This document shows, one piece after another, positions 51,821 to 64,000 of a DNA stretch of 64,000 bases. The notes under the pieces were generated by a model. That model did no database searches and was not told the origin of the DNA. It saw only the letters and a list, made by a program, of their open reading frames with translations. Source of the DNA: Camelus dromedarius (lineage: Eukaryota); contig NC_087437.1 in the NCBI RefSeq assembly GCF_036321535.1, positions 66,094,001 through 66,158,000 on the forward strand. The letters run 5' to 3'. The translations under genes and the position numbers were made by a program. How positions within the stretch are numbered: position 1 is the first letter of the stretch; the number at the start of each line of letters is the position of its first letter.

Positions 51821-53259
51821 TTAAACTATACTTAGAAAAGCCTGTTCTCTACCTGGCCAAGTTTAAGCCATTTTGATAAGGAAATGGCTGCAGAATGAAG
51901 AGTGTAGTGTTGATAGCTTATATTTTCCATCTCTTTATCCTCAAAGAGCCTGAATCACTCTCGCACAAGTGTCTTGGATTGCACAACCACACTGAACAAC
52001 AGTTGAGAGAAATCCAATGGCCAGATGAAACTGGAACTCAGTGACACAGCATATAAATTCAGTCATAAAAATCCTGACCAGAAGGCTTTTAGAGGGTGAG
52101 TCCCATTAATTCCAAGGGCCTCAGATCTCTGCTTCTTTTGGGGAGTAGAACATTCATTTTCCTGAACAAACCGACCTCAGGATCGGTTTTATTTACCTTT
52201 TTCCAGCGGTGTGGCCCCCTTACAAACATCCTTTAAAGCAGTGATCTGTATCACCATGGCTCCATTTGCAAGGTAGATTAATGAATTCACTCAGCCTGCG
52301 TTCTGGACTGAGGTCTTAGCCATAGCAGCATAAAACTTCCAGCCTGTCCAAAACCAGTCTTTGAATCCTTCAAATGATCATTCTCTCTTGTCCTTCTGTT
52401 GCCTGAAGCTTGATCTGTCATGACACCTTACTGTTTCGCTGATGAGAAATAGCATAGAGCACTTCACAGCAGTTCTCATTAAAGGAGGGCAGCCAAGTGG
52501 AATTCATTCTTGGCTCTTAATAGTTTTCAAGTGAGAATTTTATTGCATATTAATGAGCTCTAATTGATATTTGTGACTGGTTTTTATGGAAATCATGCAT
52601 GTATAATTTGCATAATAGTACCTGAGTGCTTTTAGGTAATAGCACAACTCTGGGAAGTTGGTGAGGGAAGTTAGTATGTTGCCTTTTTTTTTTTTTTTTT
52701 AAATTCCCAACTCCAGCCCCTGGCAATAGTGTGGAGTGTTAATAGGTCTCTGAGATCCGTCTATAAGGCAGTAGTGACTCACAGCCCAGTTTGTGTGGTT
52801 GTGCCAGTTTATACCTGAAAGTATAGAGAGAGTCAGCAAAACACATCAGGGCAGGTCTCTGAAAGCAGGAGATGCTCCCACAGTAGTCAGGGGGATTTTC
52901 CAGCCCCTCTTTATGAATCAAACCTCCTGTTTCTGCTTAGTTATAGGAGTATCTAGATGTCCTGAGTATTGTTTCTAGGAGTCTAGGACGCCTATGCTAT
53001 ACAATGTTTTCTTAATATCTCTGGATTCGCTTCAACAAGTATGAACTGCTGTGTACCAGGCTCTGTGCTAGGTGCTAGAACAAGACAACGTTGTCTTATT
53101 CCCTGCTGCATCCCTAGCTCTCAGCACAGTGACCAGCACATAATAGTTGATCAATCAATATTTTCTGCATTAATGAACATGGCCTCTGCCATCGGGAATC
53201 TGTAATTCATTATTCTTTCAAAATTTGATTTTAAATACTGTATAAAGATCATTACTCTT

Positions 53260-53385
53260 GGGGGGTACAGTATAGCTCAGTGGTAGAGTTCATGCTTACC
53301 ATCCACAAGGTCATGGGTTCAATCCGCAGTACCCCCATTAAAATAAATAAATAAATAAACCTAATGACCACAACTGCCCTCGCAA
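53260..53385 (+). mobile_element. Vic-1-like tRNA-derived SINE
   Basis: A box TAGCTCAGTGG, B box GGTTCAATCC and (AAAT)n-AAACCTAAT tail. TSD AAAGATCATTACTCTT (53244-53259) versus AAAGGTCATTACTCTT (53386-53401). Confidence 0.92.
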
Positions 53386-53549
53386 AAAGGTCATTACTCT
53401 TCATGTTAGAAGAAACAATAATTTAGAACTTTGGATTCTATTAGAAACTTAAGAGAAACAAGATGAATAATGTTGGTTATGTGACCCAAGTCTTCTGTAT
53501 AGAAGACCCTTCTTTACTGTGGAAATGAAAGAAGCCAATATTTATTGAT

Positions 53550-53745
53550 GATTTAGTGTATTACATTTGCCTTCATCCTAGACATAATATGATTTAATCA
53601 TCAACAAAACCTGTGAGGTATGGATAGTATTATCTTCATTTCAGGAGGCAGCTAAGAATTGGAGAAGTTAAGTGACTAACTTAAGGTGCCACAAATAGAA
53701 AATGATGGAGATGAGACTTAAAATTCAGTCTCAGTTTTGTCCATT
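53550..53745. mobile_element. MIR-family SINE remnant
   Basis: atttaatcatcaacaaaacctgtgaggtatggatagtattatcttcattt...agaagttaagtgactaacttaaggtgccaca. Confidence 0.65.
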
Positions 53746-54942
53746 ACTGGCTACTCATTATACCCAATGGTCCTGGGATATGTGAAGTGAAGCCAGACCC
53801 CATGTATTGGGATGAAGGGCTGAATTGGCCCAGGGGCCCAGCGTGTGCTCTGCATTCAGTTGACCTACTGTTTACAGTATGCCTACTGCTTACAGCACTG
53901 TTGCCCAGATTCTATAGGGGACCCAATCCAACAGCCAGTCTGATTCACTTTAATTCTATCAAGCAGCCAGAAAAAATTGTGAACACTGTTAGCAAAGGGA
54001 GAAATCAGGTTTAGTAGAAGAAAAGTACAAAAAAATATGGAATTAAAAGGTTAAGTATAGTCTTCTGTAATGTTAAGCAAAAATGTTTTCCAGCTTATGA
54101 AAAGATCACTGACTGTGGGCTGGGAAACTGGAATGCAGAGGCTTTGGAGTAGAGGGATTAAGGGAGAATGGTGATATAGTCCAAGAATGAATACAGAGCC
54201 AGGGATCCCAGAGATTTGTTTTCTCTGAGACTCACAGTAGACTAAAGGAGTGAGTCAAGTCTACTCTTCTTCCTCCTCAACCCTGCCTACTTCCCATCCC
54301 TGCCAGGGGGCACCCAGTGTTTCCCTTCTGCTTCTGAAATCCCCCAAGAGGGATGTGTTTGGAGCAGCCATGTCTCCTCCCCCTGCTCTTCCCTCCAGTG
54401 AATCAAGATTCCCTGCACGGGCCCTGCTCCAGGGTCCTGGGGATGATTATTCAGAAACCATGAAAGTATGTGGAAAATTTAATTGGAGGCACTTCAAAGG
54501 CTTTAAAAGGGAACATTTATCATTTCTCCCTCTTTTATAAGGCAAATCTGAGGTTCTGAGAAGCAGATTAATTCAGTCTGTATTACACTGTTGGGAAGAA
54601 AATGTACAAGTTCCTAAAGTTATACTCTCCCAAGAGAATATTCTTTCCCTTTCAGTGTTCCTTTTCTCTCCTGACCTCCTCCACAAACTTCTAACTGCAG
54701 CCCTTGAATGGCCTCCTTAAGACCCTGCCTGCTTCAAATGCCTCCACTTGTCCTGCACACATTCTGTGTATTCAGATCAAACTTGCCTGCCTTCTGGTCA
54801 CCATTCCCATCCAGCACTCCCCAAAACACACACATATAGTCTCCATCTTCCCTCCCCAAGTCCTGGCCTTTGCCCCCGCTGTTCCAAATGTGTGAAAGTC
54901 CAACCACAACTTCCTTTAAAGGTCCTTTAAGGTAGTAGTGAA

Positions 54943-56232
54943 ATAGATGATCATGTGATTTTTGTCCTTTCTTTTGATACGGTATATCACATTGATTGAT
55001 TTGCGTATGTTGAACCATCTTTGTATCCCTGGAATGAATCCAACTTGATCATAGTGTGCAACCTTTTCTATGTGTTGTTCTTCTAGGGCAGTCTACCCAG
55101 GCAAAAATAAATAAATGGGACCTAATTAGACATGTAAGCTTTTTTCGCAGCAAAAGAAATTATAAACAAAACAAGAAGATAACCTACAGAATGGGAGAAA
55201 ATTTTTGCAAATGATAGGACTGCCAAGGGCTTAATCTTCAGAATATACAAACAGCTCATACAACTCAATAACAAAAAACAAACAACCCAATCCAAAAATG
55301 GGCTGAAGACCTAAACAAGCAATTTTCCAGTGAAGACATACAAATGGCTAATAGGCATATGAAAAAATACTCAGTATTGCTAATTATCAGAGAAATGCAA
55401 ATCAAAACTACAATGAGGTATCACCTCACACCAGTCAGAATGGCCATCATTAAAAAGTCCACAAATGATAAATTCTGGAGAGGGTGTAGAGAAAAGGGAA
55501 CCCTCCTACACTGTTGGTGGGAATGTAGTTTGGTGCAGCCACTGTGGAAAACAGTATGGAGATTCCTTAAAAAACTAAAAAGATATGATCCAGCAATCCC
55601 ACTCCTGGGCATGTATCTGGAAGGAACTCTAATTCAAAAGGATTTGTGCACCCCAGTGTTCACAGCAGCACTATTTACAATAGCCAGGACATGGAAGCAA
55701 CCTAAATGTCCATCAACAGATGACTGGATAAAGAAGATGTGGAATATATATAGAATGGAAATACTACTCAGCCATAAAAAAGAATAAAATAGTGCCATTT
55801 GCAGCAACATAGGTGGACCTGGAGAATGTCAGTCTAAGTGAAGTAAGCCAGAAGAAAAAGGAAAAATACCATATGATATCACCTATATATGGAATCTTAA
55901 AAAAAAAAAAAGACAGACACAAGTGAACTTATTTATAAAACAGAGACAGACTCACAGACATAGAAAAGAAATTTGTGGTTATCGGGGTGGGGAAAGGGGT
56001 GGGAGGGGATAAATTGGGGGTTTGAATTTTTCAGATACTAACTACTATATATAAAATAGATAAACAGGTTTCTTCTGTATAGCACAGGGAAGTATATTCA
56101 ATATCTTATAGTAACCTATAATGAAAAAAAAAAGAAAACAAATAGGTGTATGTATCTATGTGACTGAAACATTATGCTGTACACCAGAAGTTGACCCAAC
56201 ATTGTAAACTGACTATACTTTAAATTTAAAGA
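54943..56232 (+). mobile_element. 5'-inverted (twin-primed) truncated L1
   Basis: 54943 to about 55080 is antisense RT-domain sequence; about 55080-56232 is sense ORF2 C-terminus (ORF 55344-55787, [19 protein letters not shown]...) plus 3' UTR. Confidence 0.85.
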
Positions 56233-56234
56233 AA

Positions 56235-56400
56235 AAGTAGTATAGAATGAGCACTGAACTTGGGAGACCAAGATTCTGTTCTTACACTCACCATGTGACC
56301 CTGAGTCTCCCAACCTCTATGGGGCAGTTTCCTGACCCATAATGGAGAGATGGGACTTTACTATATTTGAGGTTGCTTCCACCTCTAACATTCTGTGACT
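56235..56400. mobile_element. MIR-family SINE remnant
   Basis: tagaatgagcactgaacttgggag...ccatgtgaccctgag...aacctctatggggcagtttcctga...gaggttgcttccacctctaacattctgtga. Confidence 0.65.
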
Positions 56401-57299
56401 TCACCTACTTTCCCTGACTGACTCTGTTCATATATATGCAATACTTTCCCACCATAATCTCATGCTCTCTTAGAAAAAATGTACAATGGTGAGTCATTTT
56501 ATGTTGAGGATCTCTCTGATTAGGGAGGTTTAATCCCTTCTGCCCTTCTTGTATCCTGCTTGTTGCCCCCATTAAAAGCAATGTATGCTCAAAGAATAGA
56601 TGTGAATTTTACTGTTAGTTTAAGTTACCCATATTCAGGATGTTTGTAAGTCTGTTACCAGGACATAACGCTGTGCATTCAAAGGCAATTAAAAATTCCT
56701 TTTACATTTCCTGCTATTTATAATCATCCATGTATTCCCTGCTACATTAACAAAGTTAATGGAGAGCCAATACTTCAGACTATATTAGTGCCGGAAGGAA
56801 CCTTAGTAAAACATCTAGTACAGTGCTGTGGGTGGTGCTTTGATAAATTTGCATGTGGTTCTGACTTACCTCTTCTTACTGGGTAGCCTGAAGCCGAAGT
56901 ACTTCAAATAATGTATCTGTTTGCTCACACTGGGTAGAAACATTCCTAATACTTCAATTGTCCTTTCTCCTGCTTTTAATATAAAACATGTAGTGATTTG
57001 AAAAATGAAGAGGTAAGGAAAGCAGGGCAAAAGGAAAATAGTCATAAGATAATAAAATGAGCTAGAAAGCCTAACACTGCACAGTTGCTGTGAGTGAACC
57101 ACACATTTGATCCTAAGCTTCCCAGAAGCCAAAAGAGAAAGAAACATACTATTCATGCTATTAAAATGTTCCAGAAAAAAGATAATTTTTCTCGAAATTT
57201 GAAAGGAAGAGAAATTTACACCATCTGTCCTCATGCAGGAGCCATTAAATCAATGTTGTAGACCCCAACAATATCCTATTAATACCACCAATGCTAAAT

Positions 57300-57830
57300 C
57301 CATTCATTTATTTAATAATCATTTATTGCATGCCTACTATGTGCCATATATGTTTCAGTGCACTACTATTGTTATTCTTAGTGATGCTCAAATTATCTTG
57401 TCATTGGCCAGTGGGAGCCTGTTGACTCTGCATCCCTTTGACATGATTCTGTAGTATCTGTGGTCTTTTTTATTTTCTAATATGACAAGATGCCCCAGTT
57501 TCGTCTCATATATTTCCAGCTCCACAATTAAATTGGCCATTTCACTAAAGAAATCTTGAGTCCTTTTAGTGAAAGTGGTTTTAGAGACTACAGTCTGGGC
57601 ACTTGGAGTCCTGATTGTTACTGGGCTGTAATTACTTCCAAACCTCAGTTAACAAACTAGGGAATATGAATGTTTTAGGAAAAGAAAAATTCTGAGTCCA
57701 TACTGATACTTCCCACTTAAATAAAACATTGAAAGATTCTTATTTATTTTATATGTATATCTCTTTTCTCTTACTTTGAAAATCTGTTTCCAGTGACATG
57801 AACATAATTACTTATTTGCTTTATCTAATA
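57300..57830 (-). mobile_element. L1MC4/L1MC5-like 3' fragment
   Basis: tgatgctcaaattatcttgtcattggccagtgggagcc...tgacaagatgccccag...ttttagagactacagtctgggcac. Confidence 0.6.
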
Positions 57831-58479
57831 GATACGTATGTGTGTGTATGTATATGTGTATGTATATCCATCTATGTAAAATAGGAACAATACCACTCAT
57901 TCCCTGCAATAACAAGGGAGAGATAAATGTAGAAAGCTGTCATAGTTTTCAAAATAGAATCCACCTTTAACTTTTTAGGTCTGTGTAGACAAACCTGGCA
58001 ACATCATTTAGAATTGCTTCACTCCACCTCTGGCATTCCCAAATGCTCTTGCCCTGACGTACCTTTTCCTCCATTGTTCTTAACATCTTCCAGATACTAT
58101 TTAATTTATGTATGTGTTATGTCCACTGATTACTGTTTGACTCCCCCATTGTAATACAAATTCTATAAAGGTAGGGGTCTTTCTTTTGTTCCTAGCATTC
58201 CAGGTGCCTAGAACAATGCCTGTCACATTGCTGGTGTTCAAAAAAATTTATTAAGTGAATGAATATTGGAAGCAAAAGTGTTTTGGAGGAAAAGGGAATT
58301 AGTGACCATGGAGTTCTGCTTTCATGTATTCACCATCCCCTTACACATTCATCTCATCACTTCATGGCCCTGGATGCTTTTTATGATTCAGCTTTATTGT
58401 TGGTAATGCAGGTACCAACTCAGCTGGGAAAATATGAACGAAGGAAGTTACATTTGAAAAATGATATGGGTATAAAAGA

Positions 58480-59460
58480 GAATTCAGTATATGCGTGTTT
58501 TTCTAATTTGTACATGCTGATGAGCATAGCTTTAAAAAAGAACACAATTTTTTTTTTTTTTACATTTACCCACACATTCATCATTTCCCACACTCTTCTT
58601 TCCAGATTTGATTCTGGTATCATTTTTCTTTCTACCTGAAGAATTTCCTCTAACATTTCTTGTATTGCATGTCTCAGGTTTTCTTTTTTGAAATGTCTTT
58701 ATTTTACCTTCATTTCCAAAAGACATTTTCACTGGGTATTGTATTCTGGGTTGACTTTTAAGATGTCATTCCACTCTCTTCTGGCTTACATAATTTAAAT
58801 GAGAAATCTGTTGTATTACTGTTGTTTCTCTATACATAATCCAACTACATCTAAAATTTTATCTTTATCACTGGTTTTCAGTAATTTCATTATACTGTGC
58901 GTTGGTGTGTTTGTGTGTTTGTGTCTGTGTCTGTTTCAGTGTTTATTTTGCTTGGGGTTGTTTGAGCTTCTTGAATCTGTAGGTTAACATTTTTCATCAA
59001 ATGTGAAAAAATACTGGTCATTATTTATTTCAAATATTTTCTCTCCTTTTTCCCTAGAACTTCAGTTACATGTATGTTAGAAACCACTTGCTATTGTTCA
59101 ATAAGTCACAAGGCTACCTCCATTTTTATCAACTGTTTTTCTCTACGTACTTCATTTTGGATAATTTCTATTGCTTTGTCTTTAAGGTAACCAATATTTT
59201 ATTTTTGCAGTGTCTAACCTAGTATATTTTTTCTTTTAGAATTATACTTTGATCTCTAGATAAAAAAGATTTTAGATATTTTATTAGATAAATAAAAGAT
59301 TTAGGTCTTTTCTATATTGTCCATTTCTCTCCTCATTTTGTTTATGTTCTGTTTTATGTCTTTAAGCATATTTATAATAGTTGTTTTAAAGACCTTGTGT
59401 GCCAATTATATTGTTTCTATTATTTCTGTATGTTTTTATTGAATTTTTAAAATGTATGGC
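58480..59460 (-). mobile_element. Old antisense L1 ORF1-region remnant, continuing at about 63400-64000
   Basis: ttttaccttcatttccaaaagacattttcactgggtat...ttccactctcttctggctt...ttgagcttcttgaatctgtagg are antisense ORF1 motifs. Confidence 0.65.
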
Positions 59461-59465
59461 TATAG

Positions 59466-62400
59466 GTTTTTTTTTTGACATTTTTTATTCATTTATAATC
59501 ATTTTACAATGTTGTGTCAGATTCCCGTGAAGAGAACAATTTTTCAGTTATACATGAACATATATATGTTCATTGTCACATTTTTTTCTCTGTGAGCTAC
59601 CATAAGATCTTATATATATTTCCCTGTGCTATACAGTATAATCTTGTTTATGTACTCTACATTTTTGAAATCCCAGTCTATCTCTTCCCATCCCCTGCCC
59701 CCTTGGCAACCACAAGTTTGTATTCTATGTCTATGAGTCTATTTTTGTTCTGTATTTATGCTTTGTTTGTTTGTTTGTTTTTTGGATTCCACATATGAGC
59801 AATCTCATATGGTATTTTTCTTTCTCTTTTTGGCTTACTTCACTTAGAATGACATTCTCTAGGAGCATCCATGTTGCTGCAAATGGTGTTATGTTGTCGG
59901 TTTTTATGGCTGAGTAGTATTCCATTGTATAAATATACCACATCTTCTTTATCCAGTAACCTGTTGATGGACATTTAGGCTGTTTCCATGTCCTGGCTAT
60001 TGTAAATAATGCTGCTATGAACATTGGGGTGCAGGTGTCATCCTGAAGTAGGGTTCCTTCTGGATATAAGCCCAGGAGCGGGATTCCTGGGTCATATGGT
60101 AAGTCTACTCCTAGTCTTTTGAGGAATCGCCATACTGTTTTCCACAGTGGCTGTACCAAACTGCATTCCCACCAGCAGTGTAGGAGGGTTCCCTTTTCTC
60201 CGCAGCCTCTTCAGCATTTGTCATTTGTGGACTTTTGAATGATGGCCATTCTGACTGGTGTGAGGTGATACCTCATTGTAGTTTTGATTTGCATTTCTCT
60301 GATAATTAGTGATATTGAGCATTTTTTCATGTGTCTATTGATCATTTGTATGTCTTCCTTGGAGAATTACTTGTTTAGGTCTTTTGCCCGTTTTTGGATT
60401 GGGTTGTTTATTTTCTTCTTATTGAGTCGTATGAGCTGCTTATATATTCTGGAGATCAAACCTTTGTTGGTTTCATTTGCAAAAAAATTTTCCCATTCCG
60501 TAGGCTGTCTTTTTGTTTTACTTATGGTTTCCTTTGCTGTGCAGAAGCTTGTAAGTTTCATTAGGTCCCATTTGTTTATTCTTGCTTTTATTTCTTCTAG
60601 GAGAAAATTATTGAGATGTATGTCAGATAATGTTTTGCCTATATTTTCTTCTAGGAGGTTTATTGAATCTTGTCTTATGTTTAAGTCTTTGATCCATTTT
60701 GAGCTGATTTTTGTGTATGGTGTAAGGGAGTGTTCTAGCTTCTTTGTTTTACATGCTGCTGTCCAGTTTTCCCAACACCATTTGCTGAAGAGACTTTATT
60801 CCATTGTATATTCTTGCCTCCTTTGTCAAAGATTAGTTGAACAAAAGTTTGTGGGTTCTTTTCAGGGCTCTCTATTCTGTTCCATTGGTCTCTATGTCTG
60901 TTTTGGTACCAATTCCATGCTGTCTTGATGACTGTAGCTCTATAGTATTGTCTGAAGTCTGGGAGAATTATTCCTCCAGCTTCTTTCTTTCTCTTCAGTA
61001 ATGCTCTGGCAATTCTAGGTCTTTGATGGTTCCATATAAATTTTATTATGATTTGTTCTAGTTCTATGAAATATGTCCTGGATAATTTGATAGGGATTGC
61101 ATTAAATCTGTAGATTGCCTTGGGCAATGTGACCATTTTAACAATATTGATTCTTCCAATCCAAGAGCATGGGATATCTTTCCATTTTTTAAAGTCTTCT
61201 TTAATTTCCTTCATCAGTGGTTTATAGTTTTCTGTGTATAATTCTTTCACCTCCTTGGTTAGATTTATTCCTAGATATTTTTATTACTTTGGGTGCTATT
61301 TTAAAGGGGATTATTTCTTTACTTTCTTTTTCTGTTGATTCATCATTAGTGTAAAGAAGTGCAACTGATTTTTGAACGTTAATCTTGTAACCTGCCACCT
61401 TGCTGAATTCTTCGGTCAGCTCTAGTAGTTTTTGTGTGGACCTTTTAGGGTTTTCTATATATTGTAACATGTCGTTGGCATATAGTGACACTTTTACCTC
61501 TTCTTTTCCAATTTGGATCCCTTTTATTTCTCTCTCCTGCTTGATTGCTGTGGTTAGGACCTCCAAGACTATGTTGAATAGGAGTGGTGATAGTGGGCAT
61601 CCTTGTCTTGTCCCAGATTTTAGTGGGAAGCTTTTGAGTTTTTCACCGTTGAGTACTATGCTGGCTGTAGGTTTGTCATATATAGCTTTTATGATGTTGA
61701 GATATGTTCCCTCTATACCCACTTTGGTGAGAGTTTCTATCATAAATGAGTGTTGAATTTTATCAAATGCTTTTTCTGCATCTATTGAGATGATCATGTG
61801 GTTTTTGTCCTTTCTTTTGTTGATGTGATGTATTACATTGATTAATTTGCGTGTGTTGAACCACCCTTGTGTCCCTGGGATGAACCCCACTTGGTCATGA
61901 TGCATAATCTTTTTTATGTGTTGTTGGATTCTATTTGCTAATATTTTGGTGAGGATTTTGGCGTCTATGTTCATCAGTGAAATTGGCCTATAATTCTCTT
62001 TTTTTGTAGTGTCTTTGCCTGGTTTTGGTAACAGGCTGATGGTGGCTTTATAGAATGAGTTTGGGAGTATTCCCTCCTTTTCAATCTTCTGGAAGAGTTT
62101 AAGAAGGACTAGTATGAGTTCTTCTTTGTATGTTTGGTAGAATTCCATGGTGAAGCCGTCCAGTCCTGGACTTTTATTTGTAGGGAGGTTTTTTATTGCT
62201 ATTTCGATTTCATTTCTAGTGATCGGTTTGTTCAAGTGGTCAGTTTCTTCTTGATTCAGTCTTGGTGGACTGTATGTTTCCAGAAACTTGTCCATCTTCT
62301 GTAGGTTATCCAGTTTGGTTCCATATAGTTTTTCATAATATTCTTGTTTGATATTCTGTATTTCTATTTTATTTGTTGTAATTTCTCCATTTTCCTTTCT

Positions 62401-63392
62401 TATTTTGCTAATTTGTGCTCTCTCTTTTTTCTTTGTGAGTTTGGCCAGAGGTTTGTCGATATTATTTACTTTTTCAAAAAACCAGCTTTTGGTTTGATTG
62501 ATTTTTTTCTATGGTGTTTTTAATCTCTGTTTTATTTATTTCCTCCCTGATCTTTATAATTTCCTTCCTTCTGCTGCCTTTTGGGGTTTTTTTGTTCTTC
62601 TTTTTAAAGTTCTTTCAGCTCATGGGTTAAATTGTTTATTTGAGATTGTTCTTCTTTTTTGAGGAAGGCCTGTATCGCTATAAACTTCCCTCTTAGCATT
62701 GCCTTTGCTGTATCCCATAGATTTTGTGTGGTTGTGCTTTCATTTTCATTTGTCTCAAGGTATTTTTTAATTTCAGCTTTGATTTCCTCAGTGACCCATT
62801 GGTTTTTTTTAATAGCATATTTTTTAATCTCCATGCTTTCCTTTTTTTCTCCTTTGTTTCTCTGTTGTTGATTTCTAGTTTCATGGCATTGTGGTCAGTA
62901 AAGATGCTTGAGATAATTTCTATCTTCTTAAAATTGTTGAGGTTTCTTTTGTGCCCTAGTACACGATCAATCCTAGAAAATGTTCCATGTGCACTTGAAA
63001 AGAATATATATCCTATTTTTGGGGGGTATAATGCTCTGAAAATATCCACCAAATCTAATTTTTCTATTGTATTATTTAATTTCTCTGTTGCTTTATTTAT
63101 TTTCTGTCTGGAAGATCTGTCTAGTGATGTTAATGTGGTGTTAAAATCTCCAACAATGATTGTATTCCCATCAATATCCCCCTTTATCTCTGTTAGTAAT
63201 TGTTTTATGTACTTAGGTGCTCCTATATTGGGTGCATATATATTAACGAGTGTGATATCCTCATCTCGTATCACTCCTTTAATCATTATAAAATGTCCTT
63301 CTTATCTTTCTTTATGGCCTTTGTTTTAAAGTCTATTTTGTCTGAAATCAGTACTGCTACACCTGCTTTTTTGGCTTTTCCATTTGCATGGA
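59466..63392 (-). mobile_element. Relatively young 5'-truncated L1 (ORF2 EN, RT and C-terminal domains frameshifted; 3' UTR; poly(A))
   Basis: ORFs 62693-63286 (EN), 61222-62295 (RT, with YANDM in place of the Y/FADD motif), 60735-61250, 60367-60561 and 59731-60159. Poly(T) at 59467-59476. Probable TSD ATAGGTTTT at 59462-59470 and 63393-63401. Confidence 0.95.
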
Positions 63393-64000
63393 ATAGGTTT
63401 TATTTTTTGCTTCTTTACTTGCCTGGTAATTTTTTTATTGGATGATGGACATTTTGGATTTTATGTTCTTGAATGCTGGATTTTGTTATATTCCTTTAAA
63501 GAACATTGGGTTTTGTCCTGGAATGCAATTGAGTTTTTTGAGACTAATTTGATCCTTTTAAGCCTTACTTTTAAGTGTTATTAGAGAAGGTCTGGAGTAA
63601 TTTCTAGTCTAGGGTTAATTTAGTTCCATTTTTTTCTGAGGATTCTATCCAATGTCCTATATATTATGAGGTCTCTCCACTCTGGCTGATGGGAACACAT
63701 TTACAGCCCTGTATGAACTCCAGAAATTGTTTAGCTACTGCCTACCTGTGGTTCTTTCTTTCACTTCAAGTAGTTTTTCTCACTCATGCCTAGATTAATA
63801 CTTAGAAAAAGACTAAGAGGATCCCCTGCAAATTTCCAAAGCACTCTCTCTCTTTGCTCTCCCTCTTCTTTATTACTCTGCTTCACAAATTCTGTTTGCC
63901 TTGATGTTCTTAAATCTAGTCTATTCTCCTTACCTTAGCAAGATTTCTAGGTTCTCTTTGGGTTTTCCTCCTTGTACTATGGCCTGGAAACTTTTCAGGC

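Noticed and set aside
61222..62295. 357-aa reverse transcriptase ORF as an active or novel RT system
   Set aside because: It is ordinary L1 ORF2 in a 5'-truncated, frameshifted copy with no ORF1 or promoter, and the catalytic motif reads YAND instead of Y/FADD.
60284..63329. Plus-strand hydrophobic ORFs of about 200 aa (60284-60928, 62724-63329)
   Set aside because: Antisense frames of L1 ORF2, a common artefact of the T-rich strand.

Overview
Mammalian genomic DNA, very likely a camelid (alpaca, llama or camel), judged from three copies of a tRNA-derived SINE resembling the camelid Vic-1 family and several copies of one lineage-type L1 3' end. The window opens in the last intron of LRRC58 (+ strand). 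It contains that gene's final coding exon (1242-1450, missed by the ORF track) and a long AT-rich 3' UTR running to roughly 7.1 kb. A repeat-rich intergenic stretch follows, then a CpG island at about 29.2-30.3 kb with a GC-rich first exon and splice donors. By synteny recalled from human (LRRC58 followed by GPR156, same orientation) this is probably the GPR156 promoter, and the rest of the window its first intron; no GPR156 coding exon was recognised. The 38.9-64 kb part is a pile of nested L1, SINE, Tigger, MLT and MER elements, and no L1 is intact. The ORF-track entries appear to be either spurious or L1 fragments. I see no evidence of a wholly new multi-gene system. The most interesting observations are: a TSD-flanked retrocopy of just the 5' half of tRNA-Glu(CTC); a roughly 360-bp TSD-flanked mini-L1 joining the L1 5' end directly to the L1 3' end; dense Pumilio and miR-124 sites in the LRRC58 3' UTR; and several atypical L1 insertion structures. 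Gene and repeat names come from recognition, not database searches, and boundaries of old repeats are approximate.
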